DNA from: Pseudomonadota bacterium
Lineage (GTDB): Bacteria; Desulfobacterota; Desulfobacteria; Desulfobacterales; JBDRRP01
DNA: 64,000 nt
Assembly: GCA_043825735.1 (NCBI GenBank)
Contig: JBDRRP010000057.1
Location: forward strand, 1 to 64,000
Reading direction: 5' to 3'
Position 1 is the first letter of the stretch. The number at the start of each line of letters is the position of its first letter. The notes beneath the pieces are model-generated. The model made no database searches. It was not told the DNA's origin and worked only from the letters and a program-made list of their open reading frames with translations. The translations under genes were made by a program, and so were the position numbers. Shown here piece after piece: positions 37,209 through 47,621 of this stretch.

Positions 37209-39324
37209 ACTCCGGTTTCACGCCCAGATAGAGCTGGCCTTCGAAGCTGCCTTTTTTTACCGGGTGCTGGTCCTGCCCTGTTGCCGAGGGAACCTTCGCA
37301 GAGACAAAGGCGTAGACTTCATCAACCGAAATGAGTCCGTCCCGGTTGGTGTCGGCAGCGCCGCTGAGCGCCTGCAGCAGGTAGTAGGTGAACACCCCGT
37401 GGCCGAATTCCGGACTCTCGGCGCTGACCTCGTTGGCATTGCTCGCCGTCAGGATCACGCGTCCTTTCCCGCTGCTGATGCGGTCGAGAAATTTTTCCGA
37501 AATGCCGGCCCGCAGCCCGCCGGTCTGAAGGGTGCGGCCGCCGGATGCGCCGCTGTAGCAGGCATCGGCGATGAATATGAGCCGCTCGGCGCGGATCCGC
37601 TCGAAGATAAAGGCGATCTCGCGCATGGGCAGCGCCGAGGCGTAGAGATCTGTGGGGTCTGCGTCCACCGGCAGCAGGTATTTTTCCAGACCGTCGCCGT
37701 CCGGCGAGGTGGGGTCGCGCTCGGTAGCCCCGTGCCCGGCAAAATAGATGATGACCGTATCCTCGGGCGCCGCCTTTCGCTTCAGGGTGGTCCCCAGCAC
37801 GCTACGCAACTGACCCAGGTTCGCCTCGGCGTTGAGGAGCAGGAACACGTTTTCCTTAGGGACCCCGTTTTGCTCCACCAGGTACCGGTAGAATGCCGTG
37901 GCGTCCTTTGCCGCATACTGCAGGGGCCGGGCGGCGGTGTAGGCATCGATGCCCACGACCGCGGCCCAGATGTTTTTACGGATCATCTGGCGCGTGACGA
38001 TCACCGTGCGTTCGGTCTCCATGCCGTCGGTGTCAGTTACCCGAACGGTGATTCTGTTTTCACCCGTGGTGAGGCCGACGTCGTGCCGGATATCACGCCG
38101 CCGCGGCGTTTCTTGCGCTGCTGTCGCCACCACAATGCCGCGCCCGCTCTCGGGTTCGATCGGTTTGCCGTTGATCGTGACATCCACCTGCCGGATGCCG
38201 GCCTCATCTTCCACAACCCCCGCTAAAACGATGCGCGCGGCAACGGTCTCGGAGCGGTCGGCCGGCTCGGCGATCACCACCACGGGCGGGGCTTTGGTGC
38301 CATCGGCCAGTTGGCTCTGCAGGGTTTTTTCCCGCTGGGCATAGGCGTCGATGGTACTGCTCATCTCCTGGGTTTTTTCTTTTTCCGCAGCCAGTTCCTT
38401 TTCCATGGTTTCCAGCTTGGCCATCATGGCCGTCAGCTCAGCGAGTTTGGTTTCCAGCGCCTGGGTCTTTTGGGCGTCGATGGCGCTTGGCGCAGCGACA
38501 ACGGGCGGGGCCGTTTTCATGGGGTCGGCAAGGGGGGGCGGGAGAGGCGATGCGGACGCGCCCGGTGGGGGTGAAGGCGCTTTTGCTTCCTGCGCCGCTG
38601 CCGGTTTCTGAGAGGCATCCGGGGCGCTTGGCGCTGAAGGGGCTGCACTGACGATTAGCGCATTGAGCTCCTTTTTGGTGCTTTCGATGGCCTTGCTGGT
38701 CTCGGCTTTGGCGAGTTCGATTTTCCGATAGGCGCTGAAGTCGCGGTAAAGGGCGGTCAAGGCGGCGTTGCCGGGCTGCCGGGCGACGAGGTTCTCGATG
38801 AAATTGGCGATCTGGACGCGATCTTTGGTGTTCCATACGATGATATCCACTGAAAACTGTCCACTGTCGTTGGCATACCAATCCGGATTGTCCGGATAAC
38901 CGTCGGCCCTGAGCGATCCCGCCTTGTAGCCGATGAAGAGTTCTCCAGCGGCCGGATGGTAGAGGGTCCGGGTATAGGCATTGGTGTTGTCCGGCAGGAC
39001 CTGTAAATAGGGCGTATCCCCCACGCGTCCGACAAGGGGCCATCCTTGTTCCGGCGTCACGAGCTGGGAGCTGCACCCTCCCTTGGGGCAAAAGTTCATT
39101 TTACCGGTGGCCAGCACCGAGTAAAGGTCGCCCTCCCTGAGTTGGATGCCGGTGGAAACAAGTCCGGTGGTGCCGGCATAAAGGGTCATATGGTGGTACT
39201 GGGCCACAGCATCCGGCAGGGGCGAGGGTATATCAACGTTCGGTTTGGCCGTGACGCACCCGACCAAAGACAACAACGTCAGGGATACGAGAATCCGCCA
39301 CTTGGAATGGATGCATCGCTGCAT
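37207..39324 (-). CDS. Lipoprotein with C-terminal caspase-like (peptidase C14) domain
   Basis: Lipobox LVGC; AVVGIDAY, FAGHG and DACYSG catalytic dyad; HGVFTYYLL. Confidence 0.88.
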   Translation of the reverse strand: MQRCIHSKWRILVSLTLLSLVGCVTAKPNVDIPSPLPDAVAQYHHMTLYAGTTGLVSTGIQLREGDLYSVLATGKMNFCPKGGCSSQLVTPEQGWPLVGRVGDTPYLQVLPDNTNAYTRTLYHPAAGELFIGYKAGSLRADGYPDNPDWYANDSGQFSVDIIVWNTKDRVQIANFIENLVARQPGNAALTALYRDFSAYRKIELAKAETSKAIESTKKELNALIVSAAPSAPSAPDASQKPAAAQEAKAPSPPPGASASPLPPPLADPMKTAPPVVAAPSAIDAQKTQALETKLAELTAMMAKLETMEKELAAEKEKTQEMSSTIDAYAQREKTLQSQLADGTKAPPVVVIAEPADRSETVAARIVLAGVVEDEAGIRQVDVTINGKPIEPESGRGIVVATAAQETPRRRDIRHDVGLTTGENRITVRVTDTDGMETERTVIVTRQMIRKNIWAAVVGIDAYTAARPLQYAAKDATAFYRYLVEQNGVPKENVFLLLNAEANLGQLRSVLGTTLKRKAAPEDTVIIYFAGHGATERDPTSPDGDGLEKYLLPVDADPTDLYASALPMREIAFIFERIRAERLIFIADACYSGASGGRTLQTGGLRAGISEKFLDRISSGKGRVILTASNANEVSAESPEFGHGVFTYYLLQALSGAADTNRDGLISVDEVYAFVSAKVPSATGQDQHPVKKGSFEGQLYLGVKPE

Positions 39325-39562
39325 GGTGAGCCTCCTGTTAAGGCGTTTGATACCAGCGCGGGCGAAAAACGAAACGGCGATCAGGCTGCCTGGCGAACAC
39401 CGGCAGTGGTGTCTGGCCTGAAAGACCCGGATGCTGTGATTCGCCGACTCGCTTATTCTATGGTTTAGGACCAGGCTGTCAAGTCGTCTGTGCGTATGCC
39501 CCAGGGCTCCGTCAAAGTCTGCTCCGCGAATACCACGCTTCGTCGGTCGACATGACCCGATT

Positions 39563-41455
39563 TTACAAGACTGACATATAGTATGCCTCGGACGCCGTTC
39601 GCTGGATCCACCGCCGGTGATGGTCGCTATCGGCAAAGGCCACGGCGGGCATCCCGGGTGCATCCGGGGCGAAACGTGTCTGCCAGGCGTCCGCCACCTC
39701 CTCGGACCAGATGCCGTCCATGAGGATGCCGTCAAAGGCATCCAGTGCAGACAATTCCTGTTCAGAAGGCAGGTGGGTCTGTTGCCACCAGTAGACCTGT
39801 CGCTGCATGTCGCCAAGCGTGCGCAGCGCGGTATCCGTCGTCACTATGGTGAATAAAACGGCCCGGTTGCCCGGTTCGGGGCAGAGGTAGCGCTGGTCCA
39901 GATCGAGGTAATGGGGCCGGCGGAGCCGGATGGACGGCAGCAGCGAGGCCGCGCCCCCGGGAGGGTCAATCCCCATGAAGATGATTTCAAAAGGGGTAAA
40001 GGCGTTCAATTCGGTAACGCAGTTGAGCGCAGTATTTATAAAGGCTGCGTCAGCGGCCTTTGGCCAGACGAAGATCTGATAGGGGTAGGTCAGGCGGCGG
40101 GCGACGGCCTCCAGCGCCGATAGCGGCTGCGGCGACCTGAGGATGATTTTGCTGACAGCAGGCGCTATGGCGGCCGGCTGGTAGTGGCCCTCCGGGGTGA
40201 AAGCCCCGGCCTTCCGGCTACGGTAGTGGAGGTTCAGATCGGGCATCGGGTAGAGCACGGTCCTCAGCCGGGACTCAGCGTAGTGCAGGGCGTCGAGCAG
40301 GTCGTCTTCGGAAAACTCGGCCGTGCGTATCACCGGGTAGGGCGGTTCCGCATCGAATGTCAGCGTCAGTGCCGAAGCCCGTTTCCGGAAATCGGTGCCG
40401 GGCAGCACCGACAGGGGAAAGACCTGCACGTCGTCGGTGAGCCCATGGGCTGCCATGAAATCCACCGATGCCTTGAACCCTGCCAGGTCGTCTCCGGGCA
40501 GGCCCGCGATGAGGTCCACTCCGGCGGCGATGCCCCGCTCCTTGAGCAGCCCTACCCCCCGGAGAAAGTCATCGAGCCGGGTAGGGCGGTTCATGAGTTT
40601 CTGGGCCCGGGCGCTGGTGCTCTGAAGGCCGATCTCGAACCAGGTGAACCCGGCTGCGGCAAACCGGTCGGCCAGTTCCGGGGTGATGGCTTCTGCCCGG
40701 ATTTCGCTCAGCAGCCCCACCGATTTTCGCTGATTGATGGCAGCCACCGCCTCCAGAAATGCGGGCAGATTGGGTCTGGCGTTGAGAGACGGATCGAGAA
40801 AGAAAAGCTCTGCCAGCCCCTGGTCCACGGCCCAGCGCACCCCGTCCAGAACAAGGCCGGTGTCGGCGACGCTGCGGCCGCTGATAGATTTGTTGTAGTA
40901 GCAATAGCCGCAGCGGTAAGGGCAGCCGCGCTGGGTCTCGAGCATCATGAGGTTTTCGATGGCCGGCTCCAGTCGCCCGGCCAAGTAAGGGCTGGGGCGG
41001 CCCGTGAACAGCCGGCCGGCCGGCGCGGAAAGTACCGATGGCGCGGCCGGTATGCCCGTGGTGAGCAGGTCGCGGAATACCGCCTCTCCCTCGCCGCAGA
41101 CATAGGCATCCACTACAGGTGATTGGACGGTGGGGTTGTCCGGTGTCACCTCTGGCCCCCCGAAGAGGATGCGGGCGCCGCAGGCCGCCTTGATCTGTTC
41201 CGCAAAATACAGGCTGCGTTTTACGTTCCAGCAAAAGATCGAAAAGCCGACGGCATCGGGGCGCCGGGCGAGGATGTCCGCCAGCAGCGCCGCATCGCCC
41301 AGAAAGGCCGCACGGCTTTCGGCAACGACGGTCACCGCAACGCCGGGCAGGTCTGCGGCCGCCTGGGCCAGGCAGGCGGCCCCCAGGGGAACGGCGCCGG
41401 GCCGGCGCCCCAGGTCCAGGCGGGGAATCGGAAGCTGAACAAGGATGACATTCAT
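39563..41455 (-). CDS. B12-binding radical SAM protein
   Basis: GGPEV, GEGE, RGCPYRCGYC (CxxxCxxC), GLQS, GLPGD. Confidence 0.9.
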   Translation of the reverse strand: MNVILVQLPIPRLDLGRRPGAVPLGAACLAQAAADLPGVAVTVVAESRAAFLGDAALLADILARRPDAVGFSIFCWNVKRSLYFAEQIKAACGARILFGGPEVTPDNPTVQSPVVDAYVCGEGEAVFRDLLTTGIPAAPSVLSAPAGRLFTGRPSPYLAGRLEPAIENLMMLETQRGCPYRCGYCYYNKSISGRSVADTGLVLDGVRWAVDQGLAELFFLDPSLNARPNLPAFLEAVAAINQRKSVGLLSEIRAEAITPELADRFAAAGFTWFEIGLQSTSARAQKLMNRPTRLDDFLRGVGLLKERGIAAGVDLIAGLPGDDLAGFKASVDFMAAHGLTDDVQVFPLSVLPGTDFRKRASALTLTFDAEPPYPVIRTAEFSEDDLLDALHYAESRLRTVLYPMPDLNLHYRSRKAGAFTPEGHYQPAAIAPAVSKIILRSPQPLSALEAVARRLTYPYQIFVWPKAADAAFINTALNCVTELNAFTPFEIIFMGIDPPGGAASLLPSIRLRRPHYLDLDQRYLCPEPGNRAVLFTIVTTDTALRTLGDMQRQVYWWQQTHLPSEQELSALDAFDGILMDGIWSEEVADAWQTRFAPDAPGMPAVAFADSDHHRRWIQRTASEAYYMSVL

Positions 41456-42060
41456 GGCTCGGTGATGAAATCCGTGATGTACGGGTTCTCGCGCTTTTCA
41501 CGGCCCATGGTGGACGTGGGCGTGTCTCCGTAGTCATGGCCGGGATGGATGATCGTGTCGTCCGGGATATCGGACACCAGGCGCGCCAGTGACGCGATGA
41601 GCCGGTTGAAATCGCCATCGGGCAGATCGCTGCGGCCTACGTCTCCGACAAACAGGGTGTCGCCGGTAAACAGATGTCCGGCCAGGTAAAGGCAGACGGC
41701 TTCCGGCGTGTGCCCCGGTGTGTGGAGAACCCTGATGGCAAGGCGCCCCAGCGGCAATTGTGCGCCGTCGGTGAGAGGTACGTCGATGGGGCCGGCGGCG
41801 GCGCTGTCCGGATGTCTTCCCACCGGTACGCCCAGCGCCTGTTTGAGTGCGGCGTTGCCGGCGACGTGGTCGTAATGGCCGTGGCTATTCAATATGAAGC
41901 GCGCCGTGAGCCCGCGCTCCCGGATGAGGGCGATAATGCGGCCGGTCTCGTTGCCGGGATCGATCACCACGCACTCACCGGTGACGGGGCAGGCCGCCAG
42001 GTAAGTGTTCACCTGTTCAGGCGTCATTGGAAGACAGTGGATGAGGGGCGCGATCGTCAT
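41452..42060 (-). CDS. MBL-fold metallo-hydrolase (glyoxalase II-like)
   Basis: SHGHYDH, HTPGHT, TGDTLF, PGH. Confidence 0.92.
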   Translation of the reverse strand: MTIAPLIHCLPMTPEQVNTYLAACPVTGECVVIDPGNETGRIIALIRERGLTARFILNSHGHYDHVAGNAALKQALGVPVGRHPDSAAAGPIDVPLTDGAQLPLGRLAIRVLHTPGHTPEAVCLYLAGHLFTGDTLFVGDVGRSDLPDGDFNRLIASLARLVSDIPDDTIIHPGHDYGDTPTSTMGREKRENPYITDFITEP

Positions 42061-42139
42061 GGCCGTCTTGCATGGGTTGGTTGTCGCCGCGACCGTGCCG
42101 GCCGGAGGCACCATAGCACATAATTCCATGGGATGTCCC

Positions 42140-43114
42140 CTAAGGCTGAAAGTTTTTCCCCAGGGCCTTTGGCGCGTTTCCCGCGATGACGCGCAGCAGA
42201 CGGCTCAGGGCAGGCCGGTCGGTGGTGGTGGCCATGAACGCGGGGCGCTGGGCCATGGAGATGAGGACCAGCATGAAGATCATCAGGGGAAAGGGCGCGA
42301 CCTGAAAGACCTGGGAGGGCACGCCTTCAAAATATCCTTGCAGGTGGATGCCCATGACCTGAAGAAATGCAAACAGGTAGGCGCCAGCAGCGGCTCGCAC
42401 CGGATGCCAGCCGCCGAAGATCACCAGGGCCAGGGCGATCCATCCGGTGCCTTCGGCACCCTGGGGCCGGCCCCAGCCGGGCTTGACGGCCAGGGAAAAA
42501 GCGGCGCCGGCCAGTCCCACCAGCAGGCCCCCGACAATGGTGTACCCGATCTGGCGCCACCGAGGATCGATGCCCCGGGCATAGGCTGCCGCCGGGTTCT
42601 CTCCGACGGCCTGAAGCTTGAGACCGGCGTCGGTGCGGTAAATAAACCACCAAAGGACAGCGATCATCATCATGCTCACGTACACGGGCACCGGGTGCTG
42701 AAAGAATACCGGCCCTGCAAAGGGCAACTCGGCCAGTCCGGGGATGGGCAGCGGCCTCGTTTGAGGGCCGGGAACCCGGGCATAGGCATTGCCCAGAAAG
42801 TAGGCCAGGTCCCGGGTGGTCAGGGTCAGCACAAACCCCACGGCTACCTGGGACTGGCCCAGTGTGATACTGAAAAATGCAACGACGGCGGCCACTGCCG
42901 CGCCGGTGGCCGCCCCGGCCGCGAACCCCGCCGCCAGGCTGCCCGTGCGGCAGGCAATGACAAAGGCGGTCATGGCGCTGAGCAGGATGGTACCGTCCAA
43001 AGACAGGTTGATGACACCGGCCTTTTCGGTGAGCGTTTCGCCCAGGGTCGCCAGCAGGATGGGCGCGGCCCCGGCCAGGACGCCGGCCAGGAGCAGGGTC
43101 AGGTTGATATCCAT
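42140..43114 (-). CDS. ABC permease (nucleoside/sugar type)
   Basis: EKAGVINL, AVGENP, GWIALALVIFGGW; start 43114. Confidence 0.88.
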   Translation of the reverse strand: MDINLTLLLAGVLAGAAPILLATLGETLTEKAGVINLSLDGTILLSAMTAFVIACRTGSLAAGFAAGAATGAAVAAVVAFFSITLGQSQVAVGFVLTLTTRDLAYFLGNAYARVPGPQTRPLPIPGLAELPFAGPVFFQHPVPVYVSMMMIAVLWWFIYRTDAGLKLQAVGENPAAAYARGIDPRWRQIGYTIVGGLLVGLAGAAFSLAVKPGWGRPQGAEGTGWIALALVIFGGWHPVRAAAGAYLFAFLQVMGIHLQGYFEGVPSQVFQVAPFPLMIFMLVLISMAQRPAFMATTTDRPALSRLLRVIAGNAPKALGKNFQP

Positions 43115-44190
43115 TACACCCCCCTGCCGGCGGCGGAGGCCCGGCGGCGGTGCCATGCGGCCGCGCCCATGGCGGCCAGTACCAGGGAGCCCTGGATGAC
43201 GCCAGAAAGGGACGAATCGAGCTGAAGGCTCATCGGCAGTTGAATACTGCCCACGTTGAGGCAGGCAAAGAAAAAGGCAACGGCCGCAGCGGCGATCATG
43301 CGGTAATTGGCCAGCATCACTACAAGCAGGGCCAGATAGCCGTAGTTGCTGGAGATGGCCGGGAGCAGTCGATGGTAGACACCGGTGACCTGTATGGTCC
43401 CGGCCAGTCCGGCACAGGCGCCGGCAAGCCCCATGGCCAGCACCATCTGGCGCTGAGGCCTGAGGCCGTAGAGGACGGACGCCTGGGGGTTGCTGCCCAC
43501 GGCCTTGAGGACGAGGCCGGTTCGTGTGGTACTGAGCAGCCAGCCGGTGATGGCGATGGCCGCCACCGCTACCACAAGGCCTACCGGCGATATCCTCATG
43601 GCCGGAATCGTGGGCAGCCAGGTGTCCGTGGGAAACACCTCGGTGCCGCTCATGGAGGCGACCCCCGGCCGCCGCCAGGGTCCGAAAATAAGCCACAGGA
43701 TCAGTCCCTGTGCCACGAAGTTGAGCCCCAGACCGGCAAATATTTCGTGGACCCCGCCCCGTGTCTTAAGCAGGCCGGCGCCAATGGCCCAGAGGGCGCC
43801 GCCGGCCGCGCCGGCGAAAAAGGCCAGGGGCAGCACAAAAAGCGGACTCATACCCGGCGCCCCAAGGCGTACGGCGGCCGTGGCCATGACCGCCCCCATC
43901 ATCACTTGTCCTTCGATGCCGATGTTCCAAAGACCGATGCGGAATGTGTAGAGAAGCCCGGTGGCGCACAGCACCAAAGGGACCCAGGCGGCCATCACTT
44001 GAGAGAACTTGTTCCACGACCCCAGGGCGCCGGCGGCGAGCTGGCGCGCCACCGCCAACGGCGGCGCTCCTGCGAGATAGATCACCAGCGCGGTGAGTGC
44101 CAGAGCGAGAAGGATGGCGGTAGCACCGGCGGCGGTCTGTCGGCCCGCTTTGCCGGCAGTCATCGGCGGGGGTGGCGCGGCGCCGCTCAT
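43114..44190 (-). CDS. ABC permease (nucleoside/sugar type)
   Basis: WNIGIEGQ, AVGSNP, GLAG, YGY. Confidence 0.88.
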   Translation of the reverse strand: MSGAAPPPPMTAGKAGRQTAAGATAILLALALTALVIYLAGAPPLAVARQLAAGALGSWNKFSQVMAAWVPLVLCATGLLYTFRIGLWNIGIEGQVMMGAVMATAAVRLGAPGMSPLFVLPLAFFAGAAGGALWAIGAGLLKTRGGVHEIFAGLGLNFVAQGLILWLIFGPWRRPGVASMSGTEVFPTDTWLPTIPAMRISPVGLVVAVAAIAITGWLLSTTRTGLVLKAVGSNPQASVLYGLRPQRQMVLAMGLAGACAGLAGTIQVTGVYHRLLPAISSNYGYLALLVVMLANYRMIAAAAVAFFFACLNVGSIQLPMSLQLDSSLSGVIQGSLVLAAMGAAAWHRRRASAAGRGV

Positions 44191-45647
44191 GGGGCAACAT
44201 TCCCGGCAATGGCACTGCCCAGGGCCGGCACACTGGTGGTGGCCGCCGGTGTATCCATGATCACCCGGCCGTCGAAAAAGACCAGGATTCGATTGGCCAC
44301 CATCATGATTTCATCCAGTTCCGAGGAGGAGAAAACGATGCACGCACCCCGGCGGCTCAGTCCTTGGAGGTGGCGCCAGATCCACAGGCCGCTTTCAACG
44401 TCGAGACCCCGGGTGGGGTTTTCCAGCAGGAGCAGGCGCGGGGCGGCCGGCAGGAAGGAGAGCATCAGGCGCTGCTGGTTGCCTCCGGAAAGCGCGGCCA
44501 CCGGTGTGCCCGGCATACCGGCGATCTGATAGTCCCTGATTTTCTCCTCGGCGCTTTCGGCGGCCCGCTGTTCGGGGCGAAAAAACCCGCCGCCATGGTC
44601 TACGAGCGCAGCGTGTTCGGCGATGGTGAGCCCATTGATGAGACCTTCCTGGATCCGGTCGGCTGGCATGAACGTCACACCGTGCTGCTGGAAACGCTCG
44701 TAGGGGCTTCCTGTGAGATCACTGCCGTTGATGCACACACGCCCGCTGGTGAGGCGGGTGAGGCCGGCGGCCGCGCGCAGCAGCTGCCCCTGACCGCTGC
44801 CTTCGAGTCCGGCCAGGCCGACGATCTCCCGCTCGCAGGCTGTAAGGGCACATGCCCTCAGGCCGCTGCGGCCCCCTGGCGCCGAGGCCTCCGACAGACG
44901 CAGCACGCATGCGCCGGCATGCGAGTGCGCGGCGGATGTCGTTGCCGGAAGAACGTGAAACATCATCTCAAGCAGTCGCCCGGTGTCGAAGGGACGTGCC
45001 ATATGACCAGAGACCCGGCCTTGCCTGAGGACCGTTACGGCATCGCACAGGGATTCCACGTCTTCCAGTTTATGAGAAACCAGCAGCACACTGCAACCGC
45101 CGGCGATAAAGCCGCGCAAGGCCTCAAAGAGCGCGCTTTTCTGTTGGATGGAGATGCCGGTTGTGGGCTCGTCGAGGATGAGCAGTCGAATGCCCATGGC
45201 CATGAGCCTGAGGATTTCCACCTGCTGGCGCTGCCCGACGCTCAGGCGGTCCATTGGCGCGTCCGGGTTGAGCTGAAAGCCGGTCTTGGCGGCCAGTTCG
45301 CAGAGCCGCTGCCGATGACCGGAACGCGGGCAGGCGGCCGGCTGGCCCAGGATGAAGTTGTCCAAAACGCTCAGGGCCGGAAAATCCTGCGGCTCCTGGT
45401 AGAGCATGCCGATACCCCGGGCCACGGCGCACTGGGGAGAATCGAACGCCACCGTTTTTCCGTCCAGGTGAAGGGTGCCGTCGTCGGGCCGAAGTCGTCC
45501 GGCAAGGACTTTCATGAGGGTGCTTTTGCCGGCGCCGTTTTCACCCAGAATACCGTGGATTGTTCCGGAGGCCACGGTCAAGTCCACGCCGTCGTTGGCT
45601 CGCACGCGACCAAAGTGTTTGTGGATATCTCTAAGGCTGATGTCCAT
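44187..45647 (-). CDS. ABC ATPase with two domains (sugar/nucleoside type)
   Basis: GENGAGKST, LDEPT, LSGGNQQ, PTRGLD. Confidence 0.92.
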   Translation of the reverse strand: MDISLRDIHKHFGRVRANDGVDLTVASGTIHGILGENGAGKSTLMKVLAGRLRPDDGTLHLDGKTVAFDSPQCAVARGIGMLYQEPQDFPALSVLDNFILGQPAACPRSGHRQRLCELAAKTGFQLNPDAPMDRLSVGQRQQVEILRLMAMGIRLLILDEPTTGISIQQKSALFEALRGFIAGGCSVLLVSHKLEDVESLCDAVTVLRQGRVSGHMARPFDTGRLLEMMFHVLPATTSAAHSHAGACVLRLSEASAPGGRSGLRACALTACEREIVGLAGLEGSGQGQLLRAAAGLTRLTSGRVCINGSDLTGSPYERFQQHGVTFMPADRIQEGLINGLTIAEHAALVDHGGGFFRPEQRAAESAEEKIRDYQIAGMPGTPVAALSGGNQQRLMLSFLPAAPRLLLLENPTRGLDVESGLWIWRHLQGLSRRGACIVFSSSELDEIMMVANRILVFFDGRVIMDTPAATTSVPALGSAIAGNVAP

Positions 45648-45742
45648 GGGCGTTGACGGTCTCGCATGTCTGCGGCAGTTTTGTGCGGCTACACATCGCG
45701 GGCCATGCCCGCGATGTTAACTGCTGGGCGCGGTGGGGCGGT

Positions 45743-46936
45743 CTACTTGGCGCTGCTTTGACCCGTCATCCCCTGCAGAAGCTGCTCCATGTACCAGATC
45801 TGTTTGTCCGTTGCCGTTTCGCCGGCTTTTAAAAATACGCTGCCGTCCTGGTAGCTCAGCGGTCCCGTGAAGGGCGCGATGCTCCCATTGCCCAGGCCCG
45901 CAATGAAGCCGGCGAGCGCGGTGCGGTTTTTCACGTCGAGGGCATCGCCCATGGTAAAGCCCACGGCACTGACGGCGTGGTTGTTGATGTCGGTCCAATC
46001 CGGCGCGGACCACACCCACTGTTGTTTCCACTGGCCGCTCATGGCGGCCTTGATAAATGATACATAGCCGGGACCCCAATTGAAATAGGGCACGCCCAGA
46101 CAGGCGCCGGGTGCGCCGAGGCAGGCGCCTTCATAATCGTAGGGGATGGCCCACACCGATTTTCCGGCCTGACGTTTCTGGTTTGCCACCACCAGCGCCT
46201 CGGTGGTGTCGATGCCCGAGACGACCACGTCGCAGCCGGTGTCGAAAAAAGTGCCGGCCACTGTGGTGGGATCGGCGGTGACGCCGGGTATGTTGAACCA
46301 GAATCCGATCCAGCTGACCTGGAAGGTCAGATCGGCCGGCTTGCGTTTGAGCACCGTTTCCCAGGCGTAGCGGGCGCCCAGATAGGTGCTGGCGGCCAGT
46401 CGCCGTGTCTCTTCATTGATCAAGGGCCCGAGGTAGCCGATTTTGCCGGTTTGGGTCGCCATGGCGGCGGCAAAGCCGGCCATCATCTGGCCGTATTCCA
46501 TGCGGCCCATGAGGTTGGAGAGGTTTTTAGGCGCCTTGCCGGTGAGGACGTCGTCGCCGGAAATATGAAGAAAATAGACATCCGGGTGAAGCATGGCGGC
46601 TTCACGGGTGCCATCTTTCATATCGTCGCTGTTGGCGATGATAAGGCGGGCGCCCTTTTCCACCATGTCGTCCACCAGCATGGGGATGGTGACGCCCGGG
46701 CGGTCTGCCGGATTGACCTTGTCGATATAGATCATGTGGGTGCCGGGCAGGGTTTTCTCGACGTATTGGCCCCCTTCATAATGGGCCTGGCTCCAGCCAT
46801 GATCGTTGTAGGGGCCCACCATGAGCAGACCGAAAACGAACGGCCCTTCGGCTGCGCGGGCCGGCAGCCCCATTGCCCCGGCGCCGGCAAGCAGCACCAC
46901 CGCCATCCATATCAACACCCGTGTCCGTTGTTTCAT
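45743..46936 (-). CDS. BMP-family ABC substrate-binding protein
   Basis: GPYNDHGWSQAHYEG, TGKIGY, NWG. Confidence 0.9.
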   Translation of the reverse strand: MKQRTRVLIWMAVVLLAGAGAMGLPARAAEGPFVFGLLMVGPYNDHGWSQAHYEGGQYVEKTLPGTHMIYIDKVNPADRPGVTIPMLVDDMVEKGARLIIANSDDMKDGTREAAMLHPDVYFLHISGDDVLTGKAPKNLSNLMGRMEYGQMMAGFAAAMATQTGKIGYLGPLINEETRRLAASTYLGARYAWETVLKRKPADLTFQVSWIGFWFNIPGVTADPTTVAGTFFDTGCDVVVSGIDTTEALVVANQKRQAGKSVWAIPYDYEGACLGAPGACLGVPYFNWGPGYVSFIKAAMSGQWKQQWVWSAPDWTDINNHAVSAVGFTMGDALDVKNRTALAGFIAGLGNGSIAPFTGPLSYQDGSVFLKAGETATDKQIWYMEQLLQGMTGQSSAK

Positions 46937-47143
46937 TCCGTCCCTCCTATCGGTTTGATGTCTGATCAGCGCCGGCCCCGGCCGGCATGAGCAAGCATAT
47001 ACAGGGGATGCCCGGAGCAGGTCAATAGTCCGTGCCCATCCACCGGTGTTGCCTATGTTGGTCGGAATCTGGTAGAACCTGCCGGGGGAGCAAAGTTCAC
47101 CCTTAGGATGGATGCGTCTGCTGCGGCGAGGAGGAATCTACGG

Positions 47144-47557
47144 ATGGAAATCTGCTTTGTTAACGAGGATCAGGACGATCTGGATGCCGAGCGCTATATC
47201 CGACTGCTGGTGGCCGTCACCAAGTCGGATCCGGACAATGGGCCCCCCGAATACCAGTACGTCAAAAAACAGGCCAATTCGCTGGGGATCGATATCGTTC
47301 CTCTCTGGAACGACACCTCGAAGCATTATCTGCTCGAGCCCATTCAGGTTTCCCGCCGCGTGGCCCTGGTGATTATCAAGGACTGCATCATGTTGGCCAG
47401 TCTGGACGGCAATTTTTCCCTGGGTGAAAAGGAAAAGGTCTATCGGTTTGCCGAGCGGCTCGATGTGCCCCGGGTGGACGTGGACGCCGTGGTCTCATGG
47501 CTGGAAGATTACGAGCGACTGCAACGCCGATGGCACGCCCTGACCCAGCGCGGCTAG
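47144..47557 (+). CDS. TerB-like hypothetical protein
   Basis: LASLDGNFSLGEKE..AERLDV; RBS GAGGAG. Confidence 0.7.
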   Translation: MEICFVNEDQDDLDAERYIRLLVAVTKSDPDNGPPEYQYVKKQANSLGIDIVPLWNDTSKHYLLEPIQVSRRVALVIIKDCIMLASLDGNFSLGEKEKVYRFAERLDVPRVDVDAVVSWLEDYERLQRRWHALTQRG

Positions 47558-47621
47558 CCGCCGTGACGATCTTTCTTGAAGCGGCGGCACCCTGCGGCTG
47601 CTTTCGTCGGGGGGCGTGCCC

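Noticed and set aside
39325..39816. N-terminal extension of the 869-aa caspase ORF
   Set aside because: Overlaps the radical SAM gene; RBS and lipoprotein signal support a start at 39324
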